Source: Flavobacteriales bacterium
Lineage (GTDB): Bacteria; Bacteroidota; Bacteroidia; CAIKAF01
DNA length: 53,589 nt
Assembly (NCBI GenBank): GCA_025451295.1
Contig: JANWKQ010000126.1
Location: 1-53,589 of the forward strand
Direction: 5' to 3'
The translations under genes were made by a program, and so were the position numbers. The notes under the pieces are model-generated. The model was given only the letters and a program-made list of their open reading frames with translations, was not told the origin of the DNA and did no database searches. Positions 1-10,403 of the stretch are shown piece by piece (the first letter of the stretch is position 1; each line of letters starts with the position of its first letter).

Positions 1-2
1 AA

Positions 3-206
3 CCTTTTAGTGCCACCTGGGTATTTGATGTAGAACTGATCAAAAGATTAATTAATTACATCGAAAAAAAGGAAGCTCCCGATAAAATAAAAGAAATAGC
101 CGTGAACCAATGGAAAGATGTGGGGAACAGTAAAGTAAGTATGTTTTACTTTTTTAAAATGTTTGCGGAGCTGAGGAGAATAAAAAAATTAAGACGATCT
201 TCTTAA
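3..206 (+). CDS. 3' end of a GT2 glycosyltransferase (dolichyl-phosphate glucosyl/mannosyltransferase-like), truncated by window start
   Basis: Manual translation of frame 3 (not in ORF track): PFSATWVFDVELIKR...IKEIAVNQWKDVGNSKV...RRSS*, matching the W-x-FDVE...W-x-D-x-x-x-SKV C-terminal pattern; stop TAA at 204-206. Confidence 0.7.
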   Translation, partial: PFSATWVFDVELIKRLINYIEKKEAPDKIKEIAVNQWKDVGNSKVSMFYFFKMFAELRRIKKLRRSS

Positions 207-1015
207 ATTACATCGATCAACTCCTTAATGATCAAAGTCATCTTCGGCTCCTGGGCCGCAGCAACCCTTACCACATCTTCATGAGTCACTTTCACAATTT
301 TTCCTTCCACACCCAGATCTGTAATAATGGAAATGGCAAAAACCTTCAAACCCGAATGGATGGCCACGATCACTTCGGGAACCGTACTCATCCCAACAGC
401 ATCTGCGCCAATTATTTTAAGCATTTTATATTCAGCCGGAGTTTCCAGGGTAGGACCGGAGACACCTGCATAAACTCCCTTACTTAATTGAATACCATTT
501 TTTTTGGCGATCTCAAATGCCTTGTCGATCCAGGGTTGGTGATAAGTTGCACTCATATCAGGAAAACGAACACCCAACTTTACATCATTTTTTCCGTGCA
601 ACGGATTTTCCGGAAATAAATTAATATGATCACGAATTACCATCAACTCCCCAATTTCAAAATCTTGATGCATTCCACCTGCAGCGTTGGAGATAATGAG
701 ATTTTTTATGCCCAAAGCTTTCATTACTCTTACCGGAAAAGTAACCTGTTGCATAGTGTATCCTTCATAATAATGAAAACGTCCCTGCATGGCCAATACT
801 TTTTTACTTCCCAGCGTTCCATAAATGAGTTGACCCTTATGTCCTGCAACTGTTGATATTGGGAAATTTGGAATTTCGCTGTAAGGAATGGTAATTTCTA
901 TTTGGATCTCGGATGCGAGGTTCCCTAACCCGCTGCCTAAAATAATACCTGCATGTATGGGATCTTTAAATCTGGACTGGAGATAGCTGGAGGCCTGGAG
1001 AATTTGTTCGAACAT
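203..1015 (-). CDS. punA: Purine nucleoside phosphorylase (trimeric, inosine/guanosine-specific family)
   Basis: GIILGSGLG, STVAGHKG, QGRFHYYEGY, GPTLETPAE, GADAVGMSTVPE motifs. Confidence 0.95.
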   Translation of the reverse strand: MFEQILQASSYLQSRFKDPIHAGIILGSGLGNLASEIQIEITIPYSEIPNFPISTVAGHKGQLIYGTLGSKKVLAMQGRFHYYEGYTMQQVTFPVRVMKALGIKNLIISNAAGGMHQDFEIGELMVIRDHINLFPENPLHGKNDVKLGVRFPDMSATYHQPWIDKAFEIAKKNGIQLSKGVYAGVSGPTLETPAEYKMLKIIGADAVGMSTVPEVIVAIHSGLKVFAISIITDLGVEGKIVKVTHEDVVRVAAAQEPKMTLIIKELIDVI

Positions 1016-2069
1016 AATCTAGAATACCTGATTTAAAAATTTTATACTCATCGTGATGGAACCAGGCTTCAATGCTAATAAAAAATAACGGGATTTCCTT
1101 GTAAATATCTTTTAGGGAAGGATACATAAGTCTCATCGCATCCTTTTCTGTGGTTAAAACGATCTTATTTTCCCCTGGCATTTTATGATATGCATCGACT
1201 ATTCGTTGCACATCTACCGGATTGTAGGAATGATGATCCCTAAAAGACATATGCTCCACATGTTTGAAATCTTTTTTCAGGTGATCTACCAGGGGATCAG
1301 CTTTGGCAATACCGGTTACCAATAAGACTTTATAATTTCTTTCTGAATAATATTCTTTTTCGAACAGACAAGGTTTGCCATCGTCGACTACACTATACAA
1401 TCCTCCGTATTTCATATAAGTGTAAAATACTTTTTTCGATTTATCGGGATCTATTTTATCCCGGATATGTCTTTTTTCCATGGGGCTGAAGAATTCCGGC
1501 GTTTTTGTGATGATCACAATATCTGCTCTCTCCATTCCCTTTTTGCTTTCTCGTAAATTTCCTGCCGGGAGTAAAAAATCTTTATGTCCTACATCTTTGT
1601 GATCGATGAGTAAGATAGATAAACCGGGTTTAACTGCACGGTGCTGAAACCCATCATCCATGATCACCACTTTTATTTCAGGATGTTCATTAAAAATATA
1701 TTCAATACCCTTTACCCGGTCTTTATTTACAACAACCACGTTCTGGCTATGCTTGAGTTTGATTTGTTTGGGTTCATCACCAACATCAGCTGCCGAATGT
1801 TCCGTTTTTACCTCGATAAGTTCAGTGGTTTGCCGCCGGTATCCCCTGCTTAAAACAGCCGACTTGATCTTTTCTGCATTAAAAAGATCTACCAGCATTT
1901 CGGTATGGGGGGTTTTGCCGGTACCTCCGGTGGTAAGATTACCAACAACGATGACAGGTTTATCAAATTCTCTTGACTGAAGTTTCCCATTGTCGTACAT
2001 GCGGTTTCTCATGCCGACAACTGCGCCGTATACAGGTGAAAAGGGTAATAGTAACTTCCTTAACTTCAT
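966..2069 (-). CDS. lpxK: Tetraacyldisaccharide 4'-kinase
   Basis: VGNLTTGGTGKTP P-loop, SRGY, GDEP, DDGFQH, LPAGNLRE, FRDHH, TTEKDA; ATG at 2069 preferred over the 2078 start; 3' end overlaps punA start by 50 nt. Confidence 0.95.
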   Translation of the reverse strand: MKLRKLLLPFSPVYGAVVGMRNRMYDNGKLQSREFDKPVIVVGNLTTGGTGKTPHTEMLVDLFNAEKIKSAVLSRGYRRQTTELIEVKTEHSAADVGDEPKQIKLKHSQNVVVVNKDRVKGIEYIFNEHPEIKVVIMDDGFQHRAVKPGLSILLIDHKDVGHKDFLLPAGNLRESKKGMERADIVIITKTPEFFSPMEKRHIRDKIDPDKSKKVFYTYMKYGGLYSVVDDGKPCLFEKEYYSERNYKVLLVTGIAKADPLVDHLKKDFKHVEHMSFRDHHSYNPVDVQRIVDAYHKMPGENKIVLTTEKDAMRLMYPSLKDIYKEIPLFFISIEAWFHHDEYKIFKSGILDYVRTNSPGLQLSPVQI

Positions 2070-2345
2070 TACTGGCAAGTTTTGGGACTAGGCCTTAGCT
2101 CAAATTAAGCTATAATATTTGAACGGTGTGGGTTAGGAAAAGTTTAACTTTTCAAAGCTAAAATGTTAATAAGGCCATAGAGGGACCTGTTTTATTGAAA
2201 TTTTAATAATGGATTAGCTAATCTTTTTTCGCAAGAAACCACCTTTTGAACTTCTGTTGGCATGGGGATAGGAGGGGTACCCTTTTCCGTTGCCCCTCGT
2301 CAATCCTATAAAAAAATCCTACTTTAGCCTTCCATTTTATCAAAC

Positions 2346-3437
2346 ATGAAAGTAAACGAAGTCGTTAATTATCTTGAATCCATTGCTCCGCCTGCCTATC
2401 AGGAAGATTATGACAATGCGGGATTGATCACCTCTCATTCGAACGAAATTACGGGTATACTTGTGTCGCTCGACTGTATCGAAACAGTCATTGATGAGGC
2501 GGTGGAACGTGGATGTAACATGGTAGTAGCCCATCATCCCATTGTTTTTAGAGGGTTGAAGCGTTTTACCGGGAAAAATTATGTGGAACGTACACTCATC
2601 AAAGCCATTAAAAATGAAGTGGCTATTTATGCAATCCATACGAATTTTGATAATGTGCAGACTGGTGTGAATGCTAAGATTGCAGATCTTTTAGGACTCC
2701 AGAATCAACGGATACTAAGTCCTAAAAAGGGTTTACTTACCAAGCTCCATACATTTGTACCAAAAGATGCTGCGAATAAAGTAAGAACCGCCCTTTTTGC
2801 TGCCGGTGCTGGAAATATTGGAAACTATAATGAATGCAGTTTTAATGTGGAAGGGTTGGGTACTTTTAAAGCCGGAGCAGGCACGCAGCCTTATGTTGGC
2901 AAGATCAATGAACAGCATCAGGAGCCTGAAACCAAAATGGAGGTGATCTTTCCGAGTCATTTATCGGTTCAGGTAGTAAAGGCTTTGAAAGAAGCCCATC
3001 CTTATGAGGAAGTAGCCTACGACCTGGTTCAATTATCGAATGAGTATTCACAAATCGGAAGCGGAATGATTGGCGATCTTCCTGATTCAGAGGATTTAAT
3101 GAAATTTCTAACCCGGGTAAAAAAACAGTTTGACTGTGGGGCGATTAAGTATACCCATGGGATCAATAAACCGGTTAAAAAAATAGCCATTTGCGGAGGA
3201 GCCGGATTTTTCCTGCTTTCAGGTGCCATTGCTGCCGGAGCCGATGTTTTTTTAACCAGCGATATCAAGTACCATGAATTCTTTGATGCAGAGGATAAAA
3301 TTGTATTGGCGGACATGGGACACTTTGAAAGTGAGCAATTTACGACTGATCTCCTGGTATCCGAACTTACAAAAAAATTTACTACCTTTGCCGTCCTTCA
3401 GGTAAAAATAAATACAAATCCAGTAAAATATCTTTAA
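2346..3437 (+). CDS. Nif3-like dinuclear metal centre hexameric protein (YqfO/YbgI family, with PII-like insertion)
   Basis: YDNAGL, AHHPIVF, HTNFD, AGAGNIGNY, AHPYEEVAYD, GHFESE. Confidence 0.93.
   Translation: MKVNEVVNYLESIAPPAYQEDYDNAGLITSHSNEITGILVSLDCIETVIDEAVERGCNMVVAHHPIVFRGLKRFTGKNYVERTLIKAIKNEVAIYAIHTNFDNVQTGVNAKIADLLGLQNQRILSPKKGLLTKLHTFVPKDAANKVRTALFAAGAGNIGNYNECSFNVEGLGTFKAGAGTQPYVGKINEQHQEPETKMEVIFPSHLSVQVVKALKEAHPYEEVAYDLVQLSNEYSQIGSGMIGDLPDSEDLMKFLTRVKKQFDCGAIKYTHGINKPVKKIAICGGAGFFLLSGAIAAGADVFLTSDIKYHEFFDAEDKIVLADMGHFESEQFTTDLLVSELTKKFTTFAVLQVKINTNPVKYL
3383..3390 (+). promoter_or_regulatory. Bacteroidota sigma-70 -7 element (TACCTTTG) inside the nif3-like CDS, upstream of the zinc-ribbon gene
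   Basis: Exact TAnnTTTG consensus about 50 nt before ATG 3440. Confidence 0.5.
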
Positions 3438-3439
3438 AC

Positions 3440-4228
3440 ATGGCTAAGAAAGAAGCAACTGTAGCAAAGGACCTTACTATTGAACAGAAATTACGTGCTT
3501 TATTTGATCTTCAGTTAGTAGACAGTCGGATTGATAAAATAAGAACCATTCGTGGTGAGTTACATCTTGAAGTACAAGACCTCGAAGATGAAATTGCAGG
3601 TCTTGACACCAGGGTTCAAAAACAAAAGCAGGAATTAACTTCATTGGAGCATGAGATCGTAGGTAAGAAAAATGCCATTAAGGAATCTCAGAGTCTGATA
3701 AAAAAATACGAACAACAACAACAAAATGTTCGAAACAATCGTGAGTTTGATTCATTGTCAAAAGAAATGGAATTCCAGAATCTTGAAATTCAGTTGGCAG
3801 AGAAAAGGATCAAAGAATTTAAATTCAAGATTGAAGGTGTAAAAGCTGCTATTGATGAACTTACTTCGAAACATGATGATCGTAAGAATGATCTGAAGCA
3901 TAAAAAAGCGGAGCTTGATGATATCATCGAAGAAACCAAAAAAGAAGAAGACAGCTTGCAGAAATTATCAAATGAATTCGAAAAAAATATCGAAGACAGA
4001 TATTTAACTGCTTATAAAAGGATTCGTCATAATTCATTCAATGGAATGGCGGTAGTTGCTGTGGAACGTGATAGCTGCGGAGGATGTTTCAATAAGATCC
4101 CACCACAACGTCAATTGGATATTGCCCAACGAAAAAAGATCATTGTATGCGAACATTGCGGAAGAGTGTTGGTTGATCTAGTATTAGCGTCAGAGGAATC
4201 CGAGAAGATCGACAAGAAGATTAAATAA
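3440..4228 (+). CDS. Coiled-coil protein with C4 zinc ribbon (CT398/DUF164-like)
   Basis: Long coiled coil, then CGGC...CEHCGR; usual partner of nif3-like genes. Confidence 0.9.
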   Translation: MAKKEATVAKDLTIEQKLRALFDLQLVDSRIDKIRTIRGELHLEVQDLEDEIAGLDTRVQKQKQELTSLEHEIVGKKNAIKESQSLIKKYEQQQQNVRNNREFDSLSKEMEFQNLEIQLAEKRIKEFKFKIEGVKAAIDELTSKHDDRKNDLKHKKAELDDIIEETKKEEDSLQKLSNEFEKNIEDRYLTAYKRIRHNSFNGMAVVAVERDSCGGCFNKIPPQRQLDIAQRKKIIVCEHCGRVLVDLVLASEESEKIDKKIK

Positions 4229-4251
4229 TTTTGTTATCCAATAAATATTGT

Positions 4252-4280
4252 AAGCCTTCCCGATTCGGGAGGGCTTTTTT
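4252..4280 (+). terminator. Rho-independent terminator
   Basis: aagccttcccg-att-cgggagggctt hairpin followed by T-run. Confidence 0.85.
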
Positions 4281-4338
4281 ATTTGGATGACTTATCTGTT
4301 TCGCGATAGTTGTTGGACAGCTATGTTTTGTCTCGATC

Positions 4339-4426
4339 CGAAGCACGAATAGAAAACACGAACTTCCGAATTTATACGAGTAAAGTCTGTTCGCGGTTCA
4401 TACATTCGTAAAGAGTTCGTACTTCG
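4339..4426. repeat. Imperfect long palindrome built from CGAA/TTCG units
   Basis: cgaagcacgaa (4339-4349) vs ttcgtacttcg (4416-4426); acgaact (4358-4364) vs agttcgt (4414-4420); four CGAA in left half, four TTCG in right half. Confidence 0.55.
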
Positions 4427-4433
4427 CAGGTAT

Positions 4434-4466
4434 AAAAAAGACCCGCGGAGAGCTCCACGGGCCTTT
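4434..4466 (-). terminator. Rho-independent terminator of the RND operon
   Basis: Minus strand: aaaggcccgtggagctctccgcgggtctttttt hairpin plus T-run. Confidence 0.85.
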
Positions 4467-4492
4467 ACTAAACCAACCTAACCTATGAAATT

Positions 4493-7400
4493 TTACGAGG
4501 ATACCTTAGTGAACCATTTGCCCACGGGGATAAATATTTTATGTTTCACTTTGTAAGCCAGAATATACATACAAGGTACCACCAGCAATGTAAGGAAAGT
4601 AGCCACCGTTAATCCGAAGATGATCGTCCATGCCAAAGGTCCCCAGAATGCTACATTATCCCCACCCAAATGAATATGTGGATTACCATGTGATAGCAAG
4701 CTTCCAAAATCAATATTCAACCCAATCGCCAATGGAATTAATCCTAGGATTGCGGCTAATGCAGTAAGTATTACAGGTGTCATTCTGGTTGCACCGGCTT
4801 CTATAACGGCCTCATAAACACCCAATCCTCTTGCTCTTAATTCATCCGTAAATTCGATCAATAGAATTCCATTTCTAATAACGATACCTGCCAATGCGAA
4901 AACACCTACACCCGTCATTACGATTGACATATTCATTCCAGAAATCGTAAATCCAAAGAAAATACCGATCAAGCTGAACAATACCGTACTAAAAATCAAC
5001 AATGGTTTCACAGCAGAATTGAACTGAATAACCATAATTAAAAACATTAAAGCCAAGGCACCTAAGAAAGCAATCCCTAAAAAGTCGGAAGTTTCTTTTT
5101 GATCTTCCTGCTGCCCTGTGATCTTAATTTCATAACCGGTAGGTTTGTCATATTCGTCAATTACCTGCTGAATAATTTTATTGATTCCTGCCGGTGGAAC
5201 TCCGGTCATTACTTTAGATGAGAGATTTACAACCCGGCTTTGATTTTTTCTATTGATCAGGTTGAAGGACTCTATCCTTTTTACGTTGGTAAGAGCTGAG
5301 ATTGGCACTTGCTTAAATCGTCCTGTAGCCATATCCATAAATGAAACATCCACATTGGTGAGTTGATTTACATTCTGGCGATACTCAGGTTTTAAACGTA
5401 GAATGATGGGCACATCTTCCTCGGCTCCTTTTAATTTAGATACTTCCTTGCCGAATAAAGCTGTTCTCAGTTCCAAACCAACTTGCACTGTTGTTACACC
5501 CTCTGATTCCATTTTAACAGGATCGGTTTGTATAATAAATTCAGGCTTTCTTCTTTGAAGGTCTGATTTTAATTCAACCAATCCCGGGATATTCTCATTT
5601 TCTATCTTTTGTTTGAGATCTTTCGAAATGGAATCGAGCATGTTGAAATCGTCTCCTGTTATTTCGATGTTTACTGGTGGTCCCGTAGGTGGCCCGGCAG
5701 ATTCTTTATCTACATTAATCATCACTCCGCTAATAGGTTCATCGGCAAATTTTTGTCGAATAGCCTCCAACGTTTTTCGTGTACTGAAATTTTTTCTTTC
5801 AGAAAATCTAACGAAAGCGACTGTTATCCTAACTTTATGTGGAGTAGGCACCCTGTCTGGATTTTGAGGATCCCCGGCATTTAATCCAATGTTGGTAATG
5901 ATCGATTCAATGTTTGGGTTATCTGTGCCAACCACTTCATATATTTTCTTTTCCAAAATTTTGGCTACCGAATCAGTTACTGAGGCATCAGACCCCATTG
6001 GTAGTTCAGCATATACATAGGTGAAGTTTGGTTCAGGATCTGGAAAAAAATCGGGACTGTTACTGGTCTTCGCAAATATCACAAAACTTGATACCAATAA
6101 AGTCAACGAACCAATGACTGCAAATACGGGCACCCATTTGCTCACTAAAAAGCTGATGACTTTCCTATATAAACGGGTGATTTTGGGCCATAATTTATCC
6201 TGAAATAATCGGATCAATTTATTGAGTACAAAATGATGAAATACCACCATCACCGCACTGAACAATAATAGGTTTGCCAAACCAGGGCTTTTAAATAAAT
6301 GAAAGATAAGTCCAAGGAATGCTAAAATGATGGCCGCAAGCAGGGTCTTTTTAATTTTAGGTTTATGCAAATGTTCATCCTTTTTCATAAAGGAAACTGC
6401 AAATACCGGATTGATAACAAATGCCACAAACAAGGAGGCCCCTAGTGTAATAATTAATGTAATTGGAATATATGACATGAATTTACCAACCACGCCTGGC
6501 CAGAATAATAATGGAACAAACGGTCCGAGGGTAGTTAATGTTCCTGCAAGAACGGGGACAAAAACTTCTCCTGCACCATATTTAGCCGCTTGTTCTATAT
6601 TAAACGGATATTTATGCAAAAGCCGGTGTGTGTTTTCAATGACAACAATGGCGTCATCTACAATAATTCCGAGCGCCAGAAGGAACGAGAACAATACAAT
6701 TACGTTCAAAGTAAAATCTAATCCTGGCATTATCATGAATGCAATGAAGGAGGATAGAGGTCCTGCCAATGCTACAAAGAACGCAGATTTAAAGCCCATA
6801 AAGAACATCAGTACCACCAATACCAAAATAAATCCAATGATAACGGTATTAATCAGGTCGGCCAACTGAACCCTGGTTTGGTTAGATTGATCTCCGGTAA
6901 TAATTATATCAATATTATCCGGAAATTTTGTTTCTTTAAATGTTGCAATTATTTTTTTTATTTCATCAGAAGCCTGAATAAGATTTTCTCCACTTCGTTT
7001 AATTACATTCAGCGTAATCACTTGTTTGCCATCCAAACGTGCATAGTCCTGTTTTTCTTTAAATCCGTCCTTAATATCCGCAAAGTCACCTAACATGGCT
7101 GTGGTTCCGGTAAATGAACGAATGACCAAAGACTCCAAACTTTTTGGATCGGTTACCTGACCTGTTACTCTTACATTTCTTCTAACACCATCCTCAATTA
7201 CTTCACCACCTGAAATGTTTACATTCCTTCGTCCGACAGACGCTTCGATATCACCAAAAGTAATACCGGCTTGCTGCATTTTGTACAAATCCACTTCAAT
7301 ATGTACTTCTCTTTCAAGACCACCCACTTTGTCAACTCTTGTAATTTGAGGTAGGGTTTCAATTTTTTCTTCGAGGTCCTTGGCATATTTCTCCAGCTTA

Positions 7401-7876
7401 TCCAGTGGAAGGGTACTCGCCAGGTTGATATTCATGATGGGCATTTCAGAAATATCAAATTCCTGGATACTCGATTCATTTGTTAGATCAGCAGGTAAAT
7501 CACTTTTTGATTTATCAACGGCATCCTGCACTTTTTGCTTGGCCATTTGCACTTTAATACCAGTGCCAAACTCTACGGTAATAATAGAAACATCACTCAA
7601 GGATTGTGAAGTTACTTTTTTCACCCCGTTAATTGATTTAAGCTGTTTTTCGATGGGTTTGGAAATAAAATTCTCAATGTCCTCAGGTGTATTTCCCGGA
7701 TAAATAGTGACTACCGAAATGGTTGGCACCACAATGTCCGGGAACTGTTCTTTTGGGATGCGGATATACGAAACAATACCTGCTATTGAAATAAGAATGG
7801 TGATTACATAAACGGCAGTACGGTTTTTAATACACCAGTTTGTAAATTTCAGTTCTTTTAATTTTTCCATTTCCAT
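4493..7876 (-). CDS. RND efflux transporter permease (AcrB/AcrD/AcrF family)
   Basis: 1127 aa; GIIVDDAIVVIEN, RMTPVILTALAAILGLIPL, two large periplasmic domains. Confidence 0.96.
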   Translation of the reverse strand: MEMEKLKELKFTNWCIKNRTAVYVITILISIAGIVSYIRIPKEQFPDIVVPTISVVTIYPGNTPEDIENFISKPIEKQLKSINGVKKVTSQSLSDVSIITVEFGTGIKVQMAKQKVQDAVDKSKSDLPADLTNESSIQEFDISEMPIMNINLASTLPLDKLEKYAKDLEEKIETLPQITRVDKVGGLEREVHIEVDLYKMQQAGITFGDIEASVGRRNVNISGGEVIEDGVRRNVRVTGQVTDPKSLESLVIRSFTGTTAMLGDFADIKDGFKEKQDYARLDGKQVITLNVIKRSGENLIQASDEIKKIIATFKETKFPDNIDIIITGDQSNQTRVQLADLINTVIIGFILVLVVLMFFMGFKSAFFVALAGPLSSFIAFMIMPGLDFTLNVIVLFSFLLALGIIVDDAIVVIENTHRLLHKYPFNIEQAAKYGAGEVFVPVLAGTLTTLGPFVPLLFWPGVVGKFMSYIPITLIITLGASLFVAFVINPVFAVSFMKKDEHLHKPKIKKTLLAAIILAFLGLIFHLFKSPGLANLLLFSAVMVVFHHFVLNKLIRLFQDKLWPKITRLYRKVISFLVSKWVPVFAVIGSLTLLVSSFVIFAKTSNSPDFFPDPEPNFTYVYAELPMGSDASVTDSVAKILEKKIYEVVGTDNPNIESIITNIGLNAGDPQNPDRVPTPHKVRITVAFVRFSERKNFSTRKTLEAIRQKFADEPISGVMINVDKESAGPPTGPPVNIEITGDDFNMLDSISKDLKQKIENENIPGLVELKSDLQRRKPEFIIQTDPVKMESEGVTTVQVGLELRTALFGKEVSKLKGAEEDVPIILRLKPEYRQNVNQLTNVDVSFMDMATGRFKQVPISALTNVKRIESFNLINRKNQSRVVNLSSKVMTGVPPAGINKIIQQVIDEYDKPTGYEIKITGQQEDQKETSDFLGIAFLGALALMFLIMVIQFNSAVKPLLIFSTVLFSLIGIFFGFTISGMNMSIVMTGVGVFALAGIVIRNGILLIEFTDELRARGLGVYEAVIEAGATRMTPVILTALAAILGLIPLAIGLNIDFGSLLSHGNPHIHLGGDNVAFWGPLAWTIIFGLTVATFLTLLVVPCMYILAYKVKHKIFIPVGKWFTKVSS

Positions 7877-7895
7877 AGGAAAGTGGTGTATTTAA

Positions 7896-9035
7896 TTAGT
7901 TAGTGATAATAATTTGTCCGTCTACTAAATCTTGAAATCCATCAGTAATAATTGTATCCCCCTCTTTGATACCAGATTTTACCACGGTACTTCCGCCATA
8001 GTCGGTTCCTGTTTCTATATCCACCTTTTTTGCTTGGAGCGTACCGTTTTTCTGTTTTTCGGCAATCAGAATGTATGGAGAGCCATCAATATTTTTTTGA
8101 ATGATCTTGGATGGGATTACCAATGCATTTTCGATGGTCTCATCATTGATTTTGATTTTGGCAATCAGATTCGGCCGCAAGAATTTCTCTCTGTTATCCA
8201 ATTTAATATCAACCTGAAAAGATCTTGATTGTGAACTTACCACCTGGCTCACGAAGCTGATCTTGGCTTCGAAAGACTTATCAATATCCGGGATATAAAC
8301 ATTCACCAACGCTCCTTTTTTTACCTTGCTGATATAAGTATCCGACACCTTGGCTGTAGCTTTCATATTGTCGAGATTCACCACACGGATCCCGTTATAA
8401 CCTGGTGAGGCCATTTCTCCAAGTTTAACTGTAATCTCATCCACAGTTCCACTAAAGGGAGCAATTACATTGGACATGTTGATCTGCCCCTGGATTGCTT
8501 TTCTTCTGGCCTGGAGACTTTCCATTTGGGTTTTTGCCTGTAAATATTGTATCTCACTACCGATTTTTTGATCCCAAAGTCTTTTTTGTTTTTCATAGGC
8601 AATAGTAGCCAGATCAAGTGCAGCATTTACCTCCACCAATGTGCTTTGTAAAGCAGATGATTCAGCTGAAGCCATCACCGTTCCTCTGCCTACCTTGTCA
8701 CCCACCTTTACATTGATCCGGGTTATTAATCCAGGATTTGCGGGACTCACAAAGGCATTTTCGTCAGAATCAACAGTTCCTTGTAATTCAATAAAATGCT
8801 GAAATGGCTGTACCTTTACCACCATCATATTAACAAGCTTTTTCTTTGAACCTTTATCAGAAGTATCGTTTTTGGCGATATATGCTTCAAGGGTTGCAAT
8901 TTTTTTCTGAAGCTCCACAAGATCCTGCTTGTATTTGGCAAGTTCTTCTTTCTTCTTTTCCAGATCAGATTTGCCAGAACCCCCGCATGCAAAAAAGAGA
9001 ACTGAAAGAGCTAAGATGGTAGTAAAACGTTTCAT
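7896..9035 (-). CDS. RND periplasmic adaptor (membrane fusion) lipoprotein
   Basis: Lipobox FFAC, lipoyl half-motifs, APFSGTV, GIKEGDTIITDG. Confidence 0.93.
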   Translation of the reverse strand: MKRFTTILALSVLFFACGGSGKSDLEKKKEELAKYKQDLVELQKKIATLEAYIAKNDTSDKGSKKKLVNMMVVKVQPFQHFIELQGTVDSDENAFVSPANPGLITRINVKVGDKVGRGTVMASAESSALQSTLVEVNAALDLATIAYEKQKRLWDQKIGSEIQYLQAKTQMESLQARRKAIQGQINMSNVIAPFSGTVDEITVKLGEMASPGYNGIRVVNLDNMKATAKVSDTYISKVKKGALVNVYIPDIDKSFEAKISFVSQVVSSQSRSFQVDIKLDNREKFLRPNLIAKIKINDETIENALVIPSKIIQKNIDGSPYILIAEKQKNGTLQAKKVDIETGTDYGGSTVVKSGIKEGDTIITDGFQDLVDGQIIITN

Positions 9036-9056
9036 TTGTACAGGTAATTTAGTTGA

Positions 9057-10400
9057 TTAAAATTTACTCATAGATTTATCAAGGGCGATCTTAGAAACCA
9101 GTAGTTCGTAAACCGTTTGAAAATATTTTTGTTGTGCATCGAAATACTGGGTCTCCGCCTGTGTAAGATTCAAGCTGGAGATCAAACCTTCTTGATATTT
9201 AATAGTGTTCACCCGACGGATCTCCCCGGCAAGTTCAAAATTTTCTTTGGCTGTTTTTAGTTTGCCATAGTTGTTTTTCACCATGATCCGCGAACTCAGA
9301 TAGCTGAATTCCAATCCATCTTCAACCATTTCCTTCGTGTTTTGGGTCTTCTGTATTTCCAGTTTCAATTGTTTTAATTTGGAAACCCGGTTCCAACTGG
9401 AGAAAATGGGCACTTTTAAATTGAAACCCCAAATCACCCCATTTAGATTAGCTTGTGTTCCCTGACCAAGAAATAACCACCGGTCGTTGTTAAAGAAATT
9501 CCCACCTACTGAGAAAAAAGTAGACAAAGATGGATAGGCCGCGGCTCTTTGTAATTTATATTGAAAATTATCCAGATTTAATTTCTGATCAATCAGCTTA
9601 TAATCAATATTGGTTGTTACATCCACAGAATCTTTCAGGCTGGCTATCAATGCGTCATAATCATTGGCTGCAATTAACGGTTCCAGTTTATCCGTAAGCA
9701 GAATTTCTTCGTCTAACGGATAGTTCATCTGGAACTTAAGGGCATATTGCGTAAGTGCAATATTACTTTCCAACTGTGCTGAAAGATCCTTTAACTGTGA
9801 TTGGGTAAGTTTTAACTGTTTTACATCCAGCTCTTCGATCAAGCCCTCTTTGAATACCTGTTCGGTTTGATAAACCGTTTGCTCTAGAATTTTTAAAGTA
9901 GAATCAACCACAATTTTTGATTCCTGTGCGATAAGCGCAAGATAATAAGCCTTAACGATCTCTTCTTTTACCTGAATATCAGCTTTCGCTTTTTGTTGGG
10001 TAAGTAAATTCCCATAAGCTTTGGCCGCGGCAATTCCAATAAAATACTGGCCATTTACAACCGACATGGAAGCTGTAACCGACATACTTAGCGAATTAAG
10101 CGGAGATGCCGGAATAGCAACAAAAGCCGGACCGCTCCCCGTGGTATCAAATACATTGGGGAATACAAACATGTTAGGCTTGATATAATAGAGATAATCC
10201 ACATTTCCATTTATCTGAGGCAAACCCGTCGCAATATTTTCCATGATGAAGTGTTTTCCTTTCTCAACATCAATTATGGCATTTTTAGCATTGACATTAT
10301 TAGCGATTCCATAAACTACTGCCTGATCCAGACTAAATGTATTTTGTGCAGACCATGATGCTGAAATGATAAAGATGACTATGACGAATACTTTTTTCAT
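9057..10400 (-). CDS. TolC family outer membrane protein
   Basis: Signal peptide, SLDQAV, YYLAL, YQEGLISSLNLTQAE; co-oriented with MFP and RND. Confidence 0.92.
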   Translation of the reverse strand: MKKVFVIVIFIISASWSAQNTFSLDQAVVYGIANNVNAKNAIIDVEKGKHFIMENIATGLPQINGNVDYLYYIKPNMFVFPNVFDTTGSGPAFVAIPASPLNSLSMSVTASMSVVNGQYFIGIAAAKAYGNLLTQQKAKADIQVKEEIVKAYYLALIAQESKIVVDSTLKILEQTVYQTEQVFKEGLIEELDVKQLKLTQSQLKDLSAQLESNIALTQYALKFQMNYPLDEEILLTDKLEPLIAANDYDALIASLKDSVDVTTNIDYKLIDQKLNLDNFQYKLQRAAAYPSLSTFFSVGGNFFNNDRWLFLGQGTQANLNGVIWGFNLKVPIFSSWNRVSKLKQLKLEIQKTQNTKEMVEDGLEFSYLSSRIMVKNNYGKLKTAKENFELAGEIRRVNTIKYQEGLISSLNLTQAETQYFDAQQKYFQTVYELLVSKIALDKSMSKF

Positions 10401-10403
10401 ACG

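Noticed and set aside
4229-4433. RNase P RNA after the nif3/zinc-ribbon pair (a synteny seen in some phyla)
   Set aside because: Too short, and no GAGGAAAGTCC hallmark.
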